DNA of 61,042 nucleotides, counting the filler, from Nemertoderma westbladi (lineage: Eukaryota > Animalia > Xenacoelomorpha): the NCBI GenBank assembly GCA_032718475.1. It is 3 parts of 3 records of this genome, joined end to end, with 100 filler letters (N's around TTAATTAATTAA, not from the genome) between each part and the next. Parts side by side here need not be neighbours in the genome. Positions count along the whole stretch, not along the records: positions 46,711 to 61,042 come from JAUCBJ010004919.1; 2 more parts are not named here. One strand, 5' to 3'. The notes beneath the pieces were generated by a model. That model was given only the letters and a program-made list of their open reading frames with translations, ran no database searches and was not told the origin of the DNA. Position 1 is the first letter of the stretch, and every line of letters begins with the position of its first letter. Made by a program: the position numbers and the translations under genes. Of this stretch, positions 49,701 through 61,042 are shown piece by piece.

Positions 49701-51590
49701 TTACTAAAACTGGGACAATATCGGAAATCAACTTACTAAAACTGGGACAATATCGGAAGCCAACTTACTAAAACTGGGACAATATCGGAAGCCAACTTTA
49801 CTAAAACTGGGACAATATCGGAAGCCAACTTACTAAAACTGGGACAATATCGCAAGCCAACTTTACTAAAACTGGGACAATATCGGAAGCCAACTTTACT
49901 AAAACTGGGACAATATCGGAAGCCAACTTACTAAAACTGGGACAATATCAGAAATCAACTTACTAAAACTGGGACAATATCGGAGCCAACTTACTAAAAC
50001 TGGGACAATATCGGAAGCCAACTTTACTAAAACTGGGACAATATCGGAAACCAACTTACTAAAACTGGGACAATATCGGAGCCAACTTACTAAAACTGGG
50101 ACAATATCGGAAGCCAACTTACTAAAACTGGGACAATATCGGAAACCAACTTACTAAAACTGGGACAATATCGGAAGCCAACTTACTAAAACTGGGACAA
50201 TATCGGAAATCAACTTACTAAAACTGGGACAATATCGGAAGCCACCTTACTAAAACTGGGACAATATCGGAAGCCAACTTTACTAAAACTGGGACAATAT
50301 CGGAAGCCAACTTACTAAAACTGGGACAATATCGGAAATCAACTTACTAAAACTGGGACAATATCGGAAGCCAACTTTACTAAAACTGGGACAATATCGG
50401 AAGCCAACTTTACTAAAACTGGGACAATATCGGAAGCCAACTTACTAAAACTGGGACAAAATCGGAAGCCAACTTTACTAAAACTGGGACAATATCGGAA
50501 GCCAACTTTACTAAAACTGGGACATTATCGGAAGCCAACTTACTAAAACTGGGACAATATCGGAAATCAACTTACTAAAACTGGGACAATATCGGAAGCC
50601 AACTTACTAAAACTGGGACAATATCGGAAGCCAACTTTACTAAAACTGGGACAATATCGGAAGCCAACTTACTAAAACTGGGACAATATCGCAAGCCAAC
50701 TTTACTAAAACTGGGACAATATCGGAAGCCAACTTTACTAAAACTGGGACAATATCGGAAGCCAACTTACTAAAACTGGGACAATATCAGAAATCAACTT
50801 ACTAAAACTGGGACAATATCGGAGCCAACTTACTAAAACTGGGACAATATCGGAAGCCAACTTTACTAAAACTGGGACAATATCGGAAACCAACTTACTA
50901 AAACTGGGACAATATCGAAGCCAACTTACTAATACTGGGACAATATCGGAAGCCAACTTACTAAAACTGGGACAATATCGGAAACCAACTTACCAAAACT
51001 GGGACAATATCGGAAGCCAACTTACTAAAACTGGGACAATATCGGAAGCCAACTTACTAAAACTGGGACAATATCGGAAACCAACTTACTAAAACTGGGA
51101 CAATATCGGAAGCCAACTTACTAAAACTGGGACAATATCGGAAGCCAACTTACTAAAACTGGGACAATATCGGAAACCAACTTACTAAAACTGGGACATT
51201 ATCGGAAGCCAACTTTACTAAAACTGGGACAATAGCGGAAATCAACTTACTAAAACTGGGACAATATCGGAAGCCAACTTACTAAAAACGGGACAATATC
51301 GGAAGCCAACTTTACTAAAACTGGGACAATAGCGGAAATCAACTTACTAAAACTGGGACAATATCGGAAGCCAACTTACTAAAACCGGGACAATATCGGA
51401 AGCCAACTTACTAAAACTGGGATAATATCGGAAGCCAACTTTACTATAACTGGGACAATATCGGAAGCCAACTTTACTAAAACTGGGACAATATCGGAAG
51501 CCAACTTACTAAAACTGGGACAATAGCGGAAATCAACTTACTAAATCTGGGACAATATCGGAAGCTAACTTACTAAAACTGGGATAATAT
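46711..51590. repeat. Tandem satellite, 32-bp unit (31-33 bp variants), about 150 copies
   Basis: Unit ACTAAAACTGGGACAATATCGGAAGCCAACTT; the array runs into the contig edge. Confidence 0.97.
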
Positions 51591-52257
51591 CACCAGGAAG
51601 CCCGGCTAGAAGTTCGACATCATTAATAACGTTGACTGGCCACTGATGCATCATACAATCCCAAGGAAATATACACGAACACTTTTCCATAATATATTTC
51701 AAAGTTGGTTTTATTTTATTTTAGTTCCTAAATTATTCAAATAATTTCACCTTTGAAAAATAAACTTACACTAAACTTATAATAATTTCACAAGCTTTTA
51801 GCTCATCTTCGTATTATTAATAGATATAAAATTTGTTTCAACAGTTCAATAGTAATTTATATTCGATTATACCCGTATTATAAACCTCAGCATGAACTCT
51901 CAACGAGCTAAATATATAAGAATGATTTGCTACGATAAACTATTAACTGGATATTCTAGAGCACAAAGTAACGACAAATGCTTCATAAACACTAACGTTG
52001 CCTTAAATTAATGTAACAATTACAAATTGTAGTTGTTGTTGATTAAACTATATACTTTATGAAATAAATACGTTAAAACTGACTTATGAAAAATATAAAT
52101 TCACCAACAAGAAACACAACACTACTAAAAAACACCAAAATTAAATTGTTGCAAAGATAGTTTTTCAGGATGATCTAAAGTATTTGCCAATATTTCAACC
52201 CAAACATGAATTATCAAATACAAACGCAGGACTTCATCAACATGTCAGTGCTCGTAC

Positions 52258-54189
52258 CAGGGTTTTTTTGGAAATTAGCTGACGGCGGCGCAGTCGACCA
52301 AATTGTCTATGGCGACAGGTGTCAGACAATACTACCACTACTAATAATATCGCCGTACTACTACTTTACCACCTACTGGTTAACCAGTAGTATCAGTAGA
52401 CTTACGACGTAGTTTATGTGCTCAGCAAATATAAAGAAAAATTAAACAACTAACATTCATATTAATTAATATAACATATATTTTATATAATGGAAAGGAC
52501 TAGAATTGCTCAACATCATGGGGATCATGGTAACGTTCCGGTATACCTAAAATATGTGAGAATCCAAAACCTAACAAATAATTTTAGTCCTTTTCATTCT
52601 TTATCGCGTTTAAAGTTGTTATAATTAATAAAATAATATAAATAAATCAAAAATAAATTAAACTTACCAAATTTTAATTTTATATAACATAAATCTAATC
52701 GGGACAATAAATGATAAGGACTAGAAATCCCCAACATTGTGTCAACCTTCATTGACCTTTTCATTTTTATCCCGTTTAAAGGTTTAAATTTAAGTTATAT
52801 TTATTGTAATTAATATAATATCGTTTAAATCGTTTAATTTTAAATCTTCTGCTTTATTTATTTTTTCAAATTCAATTCTTGTAATTTTAATTATAATACT
52901 ACTACTACTACTAGGATCGGCATGCTGCATTGCAGCTGCATTTTTAAGAATGCTGTGCCGGCTTGTCAACAAAATTGCACCGCCACAACTCCCTATCACC
53001 CATGACATTTGCTAGATCATCCGCATCTTTAAGGCCAGTGTCCTTTAAGATGCGTCTCAAGAAAGTCATGGGCTGTCCACCATGCTTATTCACTCCATGA
53101 GGCTGCCAAATTACAAGATTATGCACTGGCTCGTCCTCACGGCGAAAGCAATGTCCTGCAAAGCGGAGGCGATTTTGTTCTAGTGTCAAGCTTGGGGGAA
53201 CCAATGCGACACCTCCAATGTTATATAGTGTCTGGTTGGAGATGTGTGCATTGTACTTGTCACAGTGAACCCGGAGTAGCATTCTTGTGAATGTGCCATC
53301 CAGGGATTTGGTGTCCTCAGCAGTTAGAGCCCAGCATGGACTCCCATAGAGGAGTACTGGAACTACTGCTGCTCTAAATAATCGGACCTTAAGTTTCCGA
53401 TTAATTATCGGTGACTTCCAAATCCTGGAAAGCCTATTCAAGGCTGCCCATGCCTTTCCCTTACGTATTCGAAGGTCCTCACCTGACTTCCGGATCCATG
53501 ATCCCAGGTAACAGAAGTCATCAACATGCTCAAGCATACCATCCTTTGAGCTTATGCTCATCCGATCAGAGACTTGCTGAGGACTTTCAAAGTTAACTGT
53601 CAAAATTTTGATCTTTCTGGAGTTAATAAAAAGACCAACACTAGAAGCAGCATGTTCTAATGAGCTGAGGAGCCGTTGGGCTCCCTCTAGTGATTCTGAG
53701 AGTACTCCTAAGTCATCAGCAAAGTCTAGATCAGTTAGGTACTTGGCAGGATTTCCTCGACTTCTGGAGCCAGTAGGTGGAGATATCATCACCCCATCAT
53801 CATTATGATGATCTAAGGACATGCGTAGAACATAATTAATTAATAATTAAATTAAATTATAAATTAATAATTAATTATTAATTATAATAAACGTATTTGA
53901 AACGTACTAATTTTTTGTAACTAACTAAATTCGAAGTATCAAATTAATAAAACCACTTTAATTAACTAGATTACATAAAATGTCACCCAAACGAACAATG
54001 AGTTTGTGTGGGAATCTATTTTTATTAAATATTTTTATTAATACCGTTTCTGCACTGTTATCGGATAATATGCATGGCGAATCTTGGAGGAATCTCTATG
54101 GGGCTGCTGGAGCCATCGAGCTTCCTGCCAATGGCGCCACGGCTATGTGCTATGGCGCTGGCGCCACATTTAGGGCCAAAAAAACCCTG
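52258..54189. mobile_element. hAT-type non-autonomous element containing a nested RTE LINE fragment
   Basis: TIRs CAGGGTTTTTTTGG / CCAAAAAAACCCTG; 8-bp TSD GCTCGTAC (52250-52257) / GCTTGTAC (54190-54197). Confidence 0.85.
52897..53835 (-). mobile_element. 5'-truncated RTE-clade LINE (RT C-terminal half, ORF 52944-53822) with (TAG)n tail
   Basis: DLDFADD, GLFIN, FCYLGS, VLLYG..W and RLRFAGH motifs; short 3' UTR followed by TAG repeats. Confidence 0.9.
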
Positions 54190-54487
54190 GCTTGTACAAC
54201 ATACAACTAACTACTGAAAAACTACAAAGAATGAATTATGATTAAACTTATTGCAAAGTATGTATTGCATAAATAAACTGCGGTGGTGCCAACGTAACAC
54301 GTATTTATAAAATTTGGACTCATAAGACGTTAAGTTCACTATTCTCTACCCAACCCATGTCGCCATGTCTAAAATTAACTGCAAATTATTATAAGCCAAC
54401 TATTTTCCAAAAACAGTTTTCTTGATTTCCAACCAAAGTGGTTGTAAAAAAAGAGTAAAAAATGTCGCAGGTAAATAAAGAACACAT

Positions 54488-56527
54488 TTATTGATTGAGG
54501 ATCGAGCGACGGCCGCAGTTATTGAACAGTTGAAATCTTTGCGACTGACTTTCATTCTCCTCATCCTGTCGGTTGTTAAGGAAACCACTGAGGTTGGGAT
54601 ATTCCTCTCCTTCTAAATTATCGTGAAGGACCATCTCGGCCTCAGTAATAGTAACCCGGCCGGCCACCGAGACCGGGGGCCGGTTCTTCCTAAATCTCTT
54701 GTAGTTGCGAACACGTTGGCCTCGCCAAACACTCCAACCATCATCGCTGTGCTCCTCGATAGATCGAGGAACCGCGTTGAACACAACTAGATCAGTAACA
54801 ATCTCCTCCATCAAGGTCTTCATACACGGATTAGCTGAATGTTTATTTCTAGCGCAATAGAAACCTTCACTGTCGGGAGGCAGTATAACCACATTAACGG
54901 ATGAATATTCCTCTTGTTCTTCCATTTCCATAGCATCTTCTAACTCACAACTCTCTGGGAACCTCCTTTTATTTCTATTAACAACATGAGCGACCTCGGG
55001 AATACAGTTCGCTCCATCACTACGTTGACTAAGGGCATCGATTATCAACGTGTCGGCCTCGCGTGGGGTCTCAATAACGGGGTCATCGCGAATCGGTGGT
55101 GAAACAACGACGGGAGGGAGAGAGAGATCCACGAACCCAGCGGAAACATCCGGGGTAGCGGGACTCACGAAGGACGGCATCTGGTTGAGATCGACGAACA
55201 GTGAGTCAACCAGTTGGTCCAACGAGTTCTCCTTGTCGTTACCACCCAGTAGGTTCAACGGAACGGCTTCACAACCATCTTTACCTCCCTTTACAACTTC
55301 AGCTTCACCATCGATCTGCTTCGCTTCCTCCCTTATAATCTTGTTGCCTTCAACTTCGGTTTTATCGGCTAATGGTTTTGGAATCTTGAAGGTCGACTCG
55401 ATAACGGTGGTCAATGAAGGTTCCTGTGAAACGAACGTTGTTCTAGAACGCTGATCCTCTGTAGACGGGGCCAATGGTGTTCTAGAACTCTGATCCACAC
55501 TCGGGTTATCAAACTCCTCCACTAACTGACTCAGCGACTGCGATGTCACGTTGAAACTTCCGGGTTTATCGCCGCTCTCCAAGCGCTCCGGGTTGCAGTA
55601 AACTGCGGCGGAGGCGTGGAGTACCGCCAACCCGATCTCGGCTTCCGGCACGGCGCGACGATTACGTCGACGCAACTCGGAATAAACGCTCGCCATCCAC
55701 CGCAGTTGGGCCTCGTTCTTTCCGTTTCTCTCGACGAGGAGAACCACAACTATGTTATCAGCTCCCGCCTGGGTGGCATCGACACCGAGTTCTTGCAGTT
55801 CGGTTCTCCCACCAGCCTTTACGATGCAATCGGAATATTTAGCCAACTGATCCGCCGATAGAAACACCACAGTCGTACCGAGGAATACACTCTTCCTTCG
55901 GTTATCAGGGGCGAATTTAACCACGTTGGAATCTAAACTGCTCTCGGCTAGAGGAGGTTCGTAGTCGCTTATATCGGGGGGTTGTGATTTCGATGTGATA
56001 GCGTCTCGAAGATCGCTAAAGTATTCAGGTAACGCGATATAACAACCTGACACCAGAGCCGATATTACTTTGAGCGTTACAGTGAGACGACTCATCACGA
56101 GAACGTTACATGAGTCGCTCCACTGACCGGTTAAACGGTAACCCAGACTGCTGATAGCGCTACTCAAGGGCCGCTTCGCTGTCGATATAACGCAACTGGT
56201 ACAGACAACTAAAGGTTCGCAGGCTACAACCCACCGTTTTGTAAGCGCTCCGAACTTTAAAACGTCGCCGTCGCGTAGAGATTTACTACGGGACACTCGA
56301 GCCGAGTTAACGAAACAACCGAATTTAGAGAGATCCTCGAGAACTATCTCTGTTGGATTACCCAAGGCGCCTATCGATAGTTTAGCGTGCGTGCGGCTGA
56401 TGGATTGGTCTCCCGCTATTGGTATGGAGCAATCCTTGCGACCGACGGTAGTCGTAGTGTTGGGGAATAAAACCACGGCGGGCAACGAATGGGAATCGTT
56501 TGTGTCCAGCGCAAAGAACTTCCACAT
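54488..56527 (-). CDS. NBN: Nibrin (Nbs1), single exon
   Basis: MWK start, FHA domain (VGRKDC...DQSISRTHA...DLSKFG.FVN), tandem BRCT region (LVVCTSC, VTLKVISAL, EAEIGLAVL...YCNP), C-terminal Mre11-binding-like NYKRFRK and an acidic..LF tail. Confidence 0.95.
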   Translation of the reverse strand: MWKFFALDTNDSHSLPAVVLFPNTTTTVGRKDCSIPIAGDQSISRTHAKLSIGALGNPTEIVLEDLSKFGCFVNSARVSRSKSLRDGDVLKFGALTKRWVVACEPLVVCTSCVISTAKRPLSSAISSLGYRLTGQWSDSCNVLVMSRLTVTLKVISALVSGCYIALPEYFSDLRDAITSKSQPPDISDYEPPLAESSLDSNVVKFAPDNRRKSVFLGTTVVFLSADQLAKYSDCIVKAGGRTELQELGVDATQAGADNIVVVLLVERNGKNEAQLRWMASVYSELRRRNRRAVPEAEIGLAVLHASAAVYCNPERLESGDKPGSFNVTSQSLSQLVEEFDNPSVDQSSRTPLAPSTEDQRSRTTFVSQEPSLTTVIESTFKIPKPLADKTEVEGNKIIREEAKQIDGEAEVVKGGKDGCEAVPLNLLGGNDKENSLDQLVDSLFVDLNQMPSFVSPATPDVSAGFVDLSLPPVVVSPPIRDDPVIETPREADTLIIDALSQRSDGANCIPEVAHVVNRNKRRFPESCELEDAMEMEEQEEYSSVNVVILPPDSEGFYCARNKHSANPCMKTLMEEIVTDLVVFNAVPRSIEEHSDDGWSVWRGQRVRNYKRFRKNRPPVSVAGRVTITEAEMVLHDNLEGEEYPNLSGFLNNRQDEENESQSQRFQLFNNCGRRSILNQ

Positions 56528-56810
56528 CTTTATTGATAGACTGATAGATGATAGACATATAGATATACTTGTATACTGACTGAATGACTGACTAATAGCC
56601 TATAATCCAACAGAGACAGACAGATCAGCAGATAGATCACCAAACTGCATAACTGGCAACCAAGAGAATCAACGGCTGTACAGGCAACTGCCTGACAGAA
56701 CCTGGAGCTGGAACCCGTCAGCCTGGTGCTGGTTGGTACGGTCTGACGGTAGCGAGCAATACACAGACCAGACAGTCAGACAGTATGTCTGTATGCAGGT
56801 ATGTCAGTAC

Positions 56811-57723
56811 CAGGGTTGGCAACCAATGGTTTTTCTCACCATTGGTTTTTTATGGTTTTTTGGTTTAACCAACTTTTAAAAAAAGGCGAAAAAATTGGTT
56901 TTTTATGGTTTTTCATAAAATTTTACAATTAACGCTGTAAATAATATAAAGCAGACTGGTAGTCGCGTTTCTTTTTCATTTTGCACTGTTAGAAGGAAAA
57001 AATTTCGCTCACTTTGAGTTTTGCTCGCGTTTCTTTATCTTACATTTTGCACTGTTCAGCTGTTAGAATGGACAAATTTCTCTCACTTTGAGTTTTGCTC
57101 GCGTTTCTTTTTCATCTGTTCATTTTGCAATGTCAGAATGTTAATGAAAAGGTTTTGCTCGCTTCGCTGGCGTATGTTTCTCGTTTACATTGTTAAAATG
57201 TGGTGTGCGCGTTTTTTTTCGGTGCATGCGCGGTAGGTATATTGTCCAATATTGCGGGGCTGAAAAATTGTGCGCAGGCGTTGTGCGCGGTTCAGTGGTG
57301 GTTTGCAGCCTGGCAGCCTGGCGTGCAGTGGAGCAGTGCAGACGTCTGGACGTTGGTATGTATTTTTACGTTGTATGTTGTTAGTATTTTGTCGCATGCT
57401 GACATGGGCTGATGGGTTGGATGAGAGTAAGGACAGAACAGAACAGCAGAAGAAACGCTTCAAACCAGCATACTGTATGTGGCAGTGTGGCCTTATTCAG
57501 TTATTCCAGTATTTTGTTCTATTGTATTGGGCAAGCGCAAGGGTTGTACTGTCAGACTGTTGTATGTAGGCCCTACATTTGTATGTATTGCTGTATTGGA
57601 TTTAATTAAACCACAGAAAAACCATAAAAAACCATAAAAAACCGAAAAAAACCATAAAAAACCAAACAATAAAACCAAAACCAAAAAATTTTTTTCAAAA
57701 AACCATGGTTTTTGCCATCCCTG
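56811..57723. mobile_element. hAT-type MITE upstream of NBN
   Basis: TIRs CAGGGTTGGCAA / TTGCCATCCCTG, subterminal TGGTTTTT / AAAAACCA repeats, perfect 8-bp TSD GTCAGTAC (56803-56810 and 57724-57731). Confidence 0.92.
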
Positions 57724-58542
57724 GTCAGTACCGGTATGTCAAACTGTACAGCTGTAGAGTGCTGAACTGCAAACAGTCAGACCGTACAGTCGTATAGCTG
57801 TATAGGGATACTGAACTTGGGAGAAACGAAATTGCGACAACTATGGAGAATCGGGAGGCCTGGCCTGGAAGGATCTCATTTCCACTGTCCGAGTTCGCTC
57901 GACCTAGCACGTAGCACCTAGTAGTAGTAGTATGTCAGTATGTCAAACTGTAGAGTGCTGAACTGCAAACTGTCAGACTGTACAGTCGTACTGATGTACT
58001 ACAGCCAGTCAGGCTCACGTGCTGTACGTACCCTGTACCGCTGTGCTGTACCTGTCACTGTCAGGTTCAGCCTGTACTGTTGTAGCTGTGTAAAAGTATA
58101 ACAGCAGAACAGAACAGACGACAGATACCAGCAGAGCAGGACGTAGGCTAACTGCAGGCAGACTGTCAAATTAAACGACCTGCACCGCCCAGCCGCTGTA
58201 TCAACAGACTCTAATAACAGTGCGATGTCTGATACCAGTCAGCCAGTACTACAACTACTGAACTACAGTACAGCAGTACTGACAGACTGACTAGCACACT
58301 GCGCTGCAGTTTACTGAATATTACAATTTAAAATTCCCGCCGTTAATTTGTGTACAATAAATAATAATTGTATGGAGGGAAAGGAGCCGTTTACAGAGAG
58401 TTGGCGAACCGGGGAGTACGCTTTCCGAATCCGTCATATCGTCAACAACCCTGAACGTTTTCAAAGCCTGACTTATTCATCACTACCATAACTTTCCATT
58501 AAAGTTCACCCCTTCATGATTCGATATGATTCATTCATTAAC

Positions 58543-59066
<524 letters not shown>

Positions 59067-59960
59067 CGATGAAATCTACTTTGGTTTGTTGTTTTGGTTA
59101 GAAAACACAACCCCTTTAACCTGCTCCTTTCGATGTATTACATTAATTTTTTTGAAACAAATTGTAGCTGTACCAGTCATGGGCCTGTTCTCAGATACAC
59201 TTGCGGTGACAGCACGGTGAAATCGCATACTGTGAATCACAGCATTTGGGTTGTTGTTACAGAGATGCGAGTAAAGCAGTTACAGTCAACTGTATGTTCG
59301 GTTGGGTGATGACTTAGCCCGCGGGAATTCTTAGCCCGCAAAATGGGAATCGTTTACCCGCAAGCTTTCTTAGCCAGTGGGCAGGGCATCCTTAGCCCGA
59401 AAATAAATTGTATTAGCCCGCGGGAATTGATACTGGACGATTAAATTGACAGACTGGCTTTCTAGTGAATAATGTCTAAAGAAAATAATTTAATAATATT
59501 CCAGAGGCTTTATTTCAGAACGTAGCCCGGAGTTGTTAGTGGGGCCTATTACAAGACTCAGTCTGGTACTGGTACACTACCACAACACTGTGTTGTCATT
59601 CTAATAATGATTATAATAATTCACAATTGAATCTCCACTTGGCGATGTGGCGTAATGAAAGCAATGGCAGGTATGGGCTGTGCTGTGTGGAGTTTAATTC
59701 TGAGTTACGCAATGGGTTGGGTGGATGGCTACAACACATTATAATGGGGGGAGGGGGGGGGGGGGGGGGTGCAGGTCCGCAGCTTGTACAATGATATACT
59801 GTAGTAATAGTCCACAACAAGAGAGGGTATGGGATCACTGGGGTTATATTGATGCCTTGTCTTACAGCAAAAGTGAGCAAAAGTGTGGTTTGTCGGCCGG
59901 ATGGTTAAAAACCTCCATTAATTAAAAATGAATGAGCATAATTGAATAAGTATTACTAAC

Positions 59961-60506
59961 CCAATTTGATTTTTAATATTAAAAAAATTATAATTACAAT
60001 ACGTTAAACTGAATTAAAAAATACGTAACTAATGATGTACATAACATAGTTTACTTTGAAACAAATTAGGTTTTCAATAAAATTACCTTATCAGAGTATT
60101 AAAATTAAATTACGTAAATTTTTAGAAGGTATTTTAGGGGGTGCGCTGGCGCTTGGATTTATTTATTACTTTATAAAATTATTTCTTATTTATTTCTTTA
60201 CATTTATTAGTATAATTAGGGACAGGGGCAGGAAGGAAGCTTGTCGAATTTACACAATTAGTGTATAAGCAAATGCAATGCAACGGCAGCCATCGCGCTG
60301 CTACGTCAATGGAGGTATTTGGCCTTGATTCTGATTTAAGGAACATTGAAACAATTTCTAATATAACAATAAATTAAAAATATTCCAAAGGCTGTTTTTC
60401 TGAACTAGTTGTTGGTGTAATAATAGGCCCTGCCCTACAAGAACAAAACTCAGTCTGGGACACTACCACAACACCGCCTTGTAAATCCAATCGCTGCCCA
60501 TCCACA
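59961..60506 (+). repeat. Interspersed AT-rich repeat, copy 2
   Basis: Diverged direct copy of 30796-31411; a further partial copy lies at about 59540-59600. Confidence 0.85.
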
Positions 60507-61042
60507 AAGTCAAGCAAGCTCCATCCACCGCCCTGTCAATCACATCGCGGCTTGGCCATTAACAAAAGCCAGTTCTCGGCGGGAATCTGAGTTCAAAGGT
60601 ATGCCGCAGAAGAGCGATGTAAACTGTTACCTTGAAATCATTTCAATGTCATTTCAATATGAGACAGAAAGTCTGGAATTTCGGTCCATCGATTTCAAGG
60701 TCATTTCAATATGCCATCAATGTCATTTCAATGTCAATGCTACTTTCAATGATATTCTATGGACACATTTTGATCAAACTTTGATCAATGTTTGATCAAA
60801 GTTTGATCAATGTTTGATCAAAGGCATGCTTTTTGAGAGCGGGACTGTAGAACACATTAGTCTTTGTGAGGACGGTAATCAATCTGCAATTTCTCCAGTC
60901 TGCTGCTAGATGGCGAAATATCTGAAAGTGTAAACCTTCTCCCAGTTCCGCGATTTCCGTTATTCCGTTTAAGCTGTATCTTGAGATACTGTATTACAGT
61001 AGAACACATTATTATGCGTCTTTTTTTGGAAGGTGAACGATC

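Noticed and set aside
46711-51590. 32-bp repeat as a CRISPR array, or its 72-aa ORFs as genes
   Set aside because: Head-to-tail units with no spacers; the ORFs are translations of the satellite.
58372-58491. Short ORF MEGKEPFTESWRTGEYAFRIRH... as the first exon of a gene divergent from NBN
   Set aside because: Only 39 codons, no recognisable homology and no clear splice donor.

Overview
Repeat-rich genomic DNA from a metazoan, probably an invertebrate. It consists of three contigs (1-19771, 19872-46610, 46711-61042) joined by 100-nt N spacers that carry an artificial all-frame-stop linker, so adjacency across the gaps is not guaranteed. Host genes: two spliced exons of an NMDA-receptor NR1 (GRIN1)-like gene and three single-exon housekeeping genes (INPP1, eIF3g, nibrin/NBN). 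The rest is BEL/Pao and Gypsy LTR retrotransposons, RTE-type and other LINE fragments, a tRNA-derived SINE, hAT-type MITEs and three tandem satellites (68, 64/49 and 32 bp units). The most notable object is a near-intact minus-strand BEL/Pao element (9464-19771). Where env would sit, between pol and the 3' LTR, it carries an extra ORF of about 850 aa broken by one 1-nt indel. The ORF reads as a DnaQ/DEDDy 3'-5' exonuclease (RNase D/EXD1/Mut-7/WRN-exo type) fused to three CCHC zinc knuckles. It is preceded by 14 tandem 48-bp units, nearly all containing the same short hairpin. All protein and family assignments come from motif recognition by eye; no searches were run.
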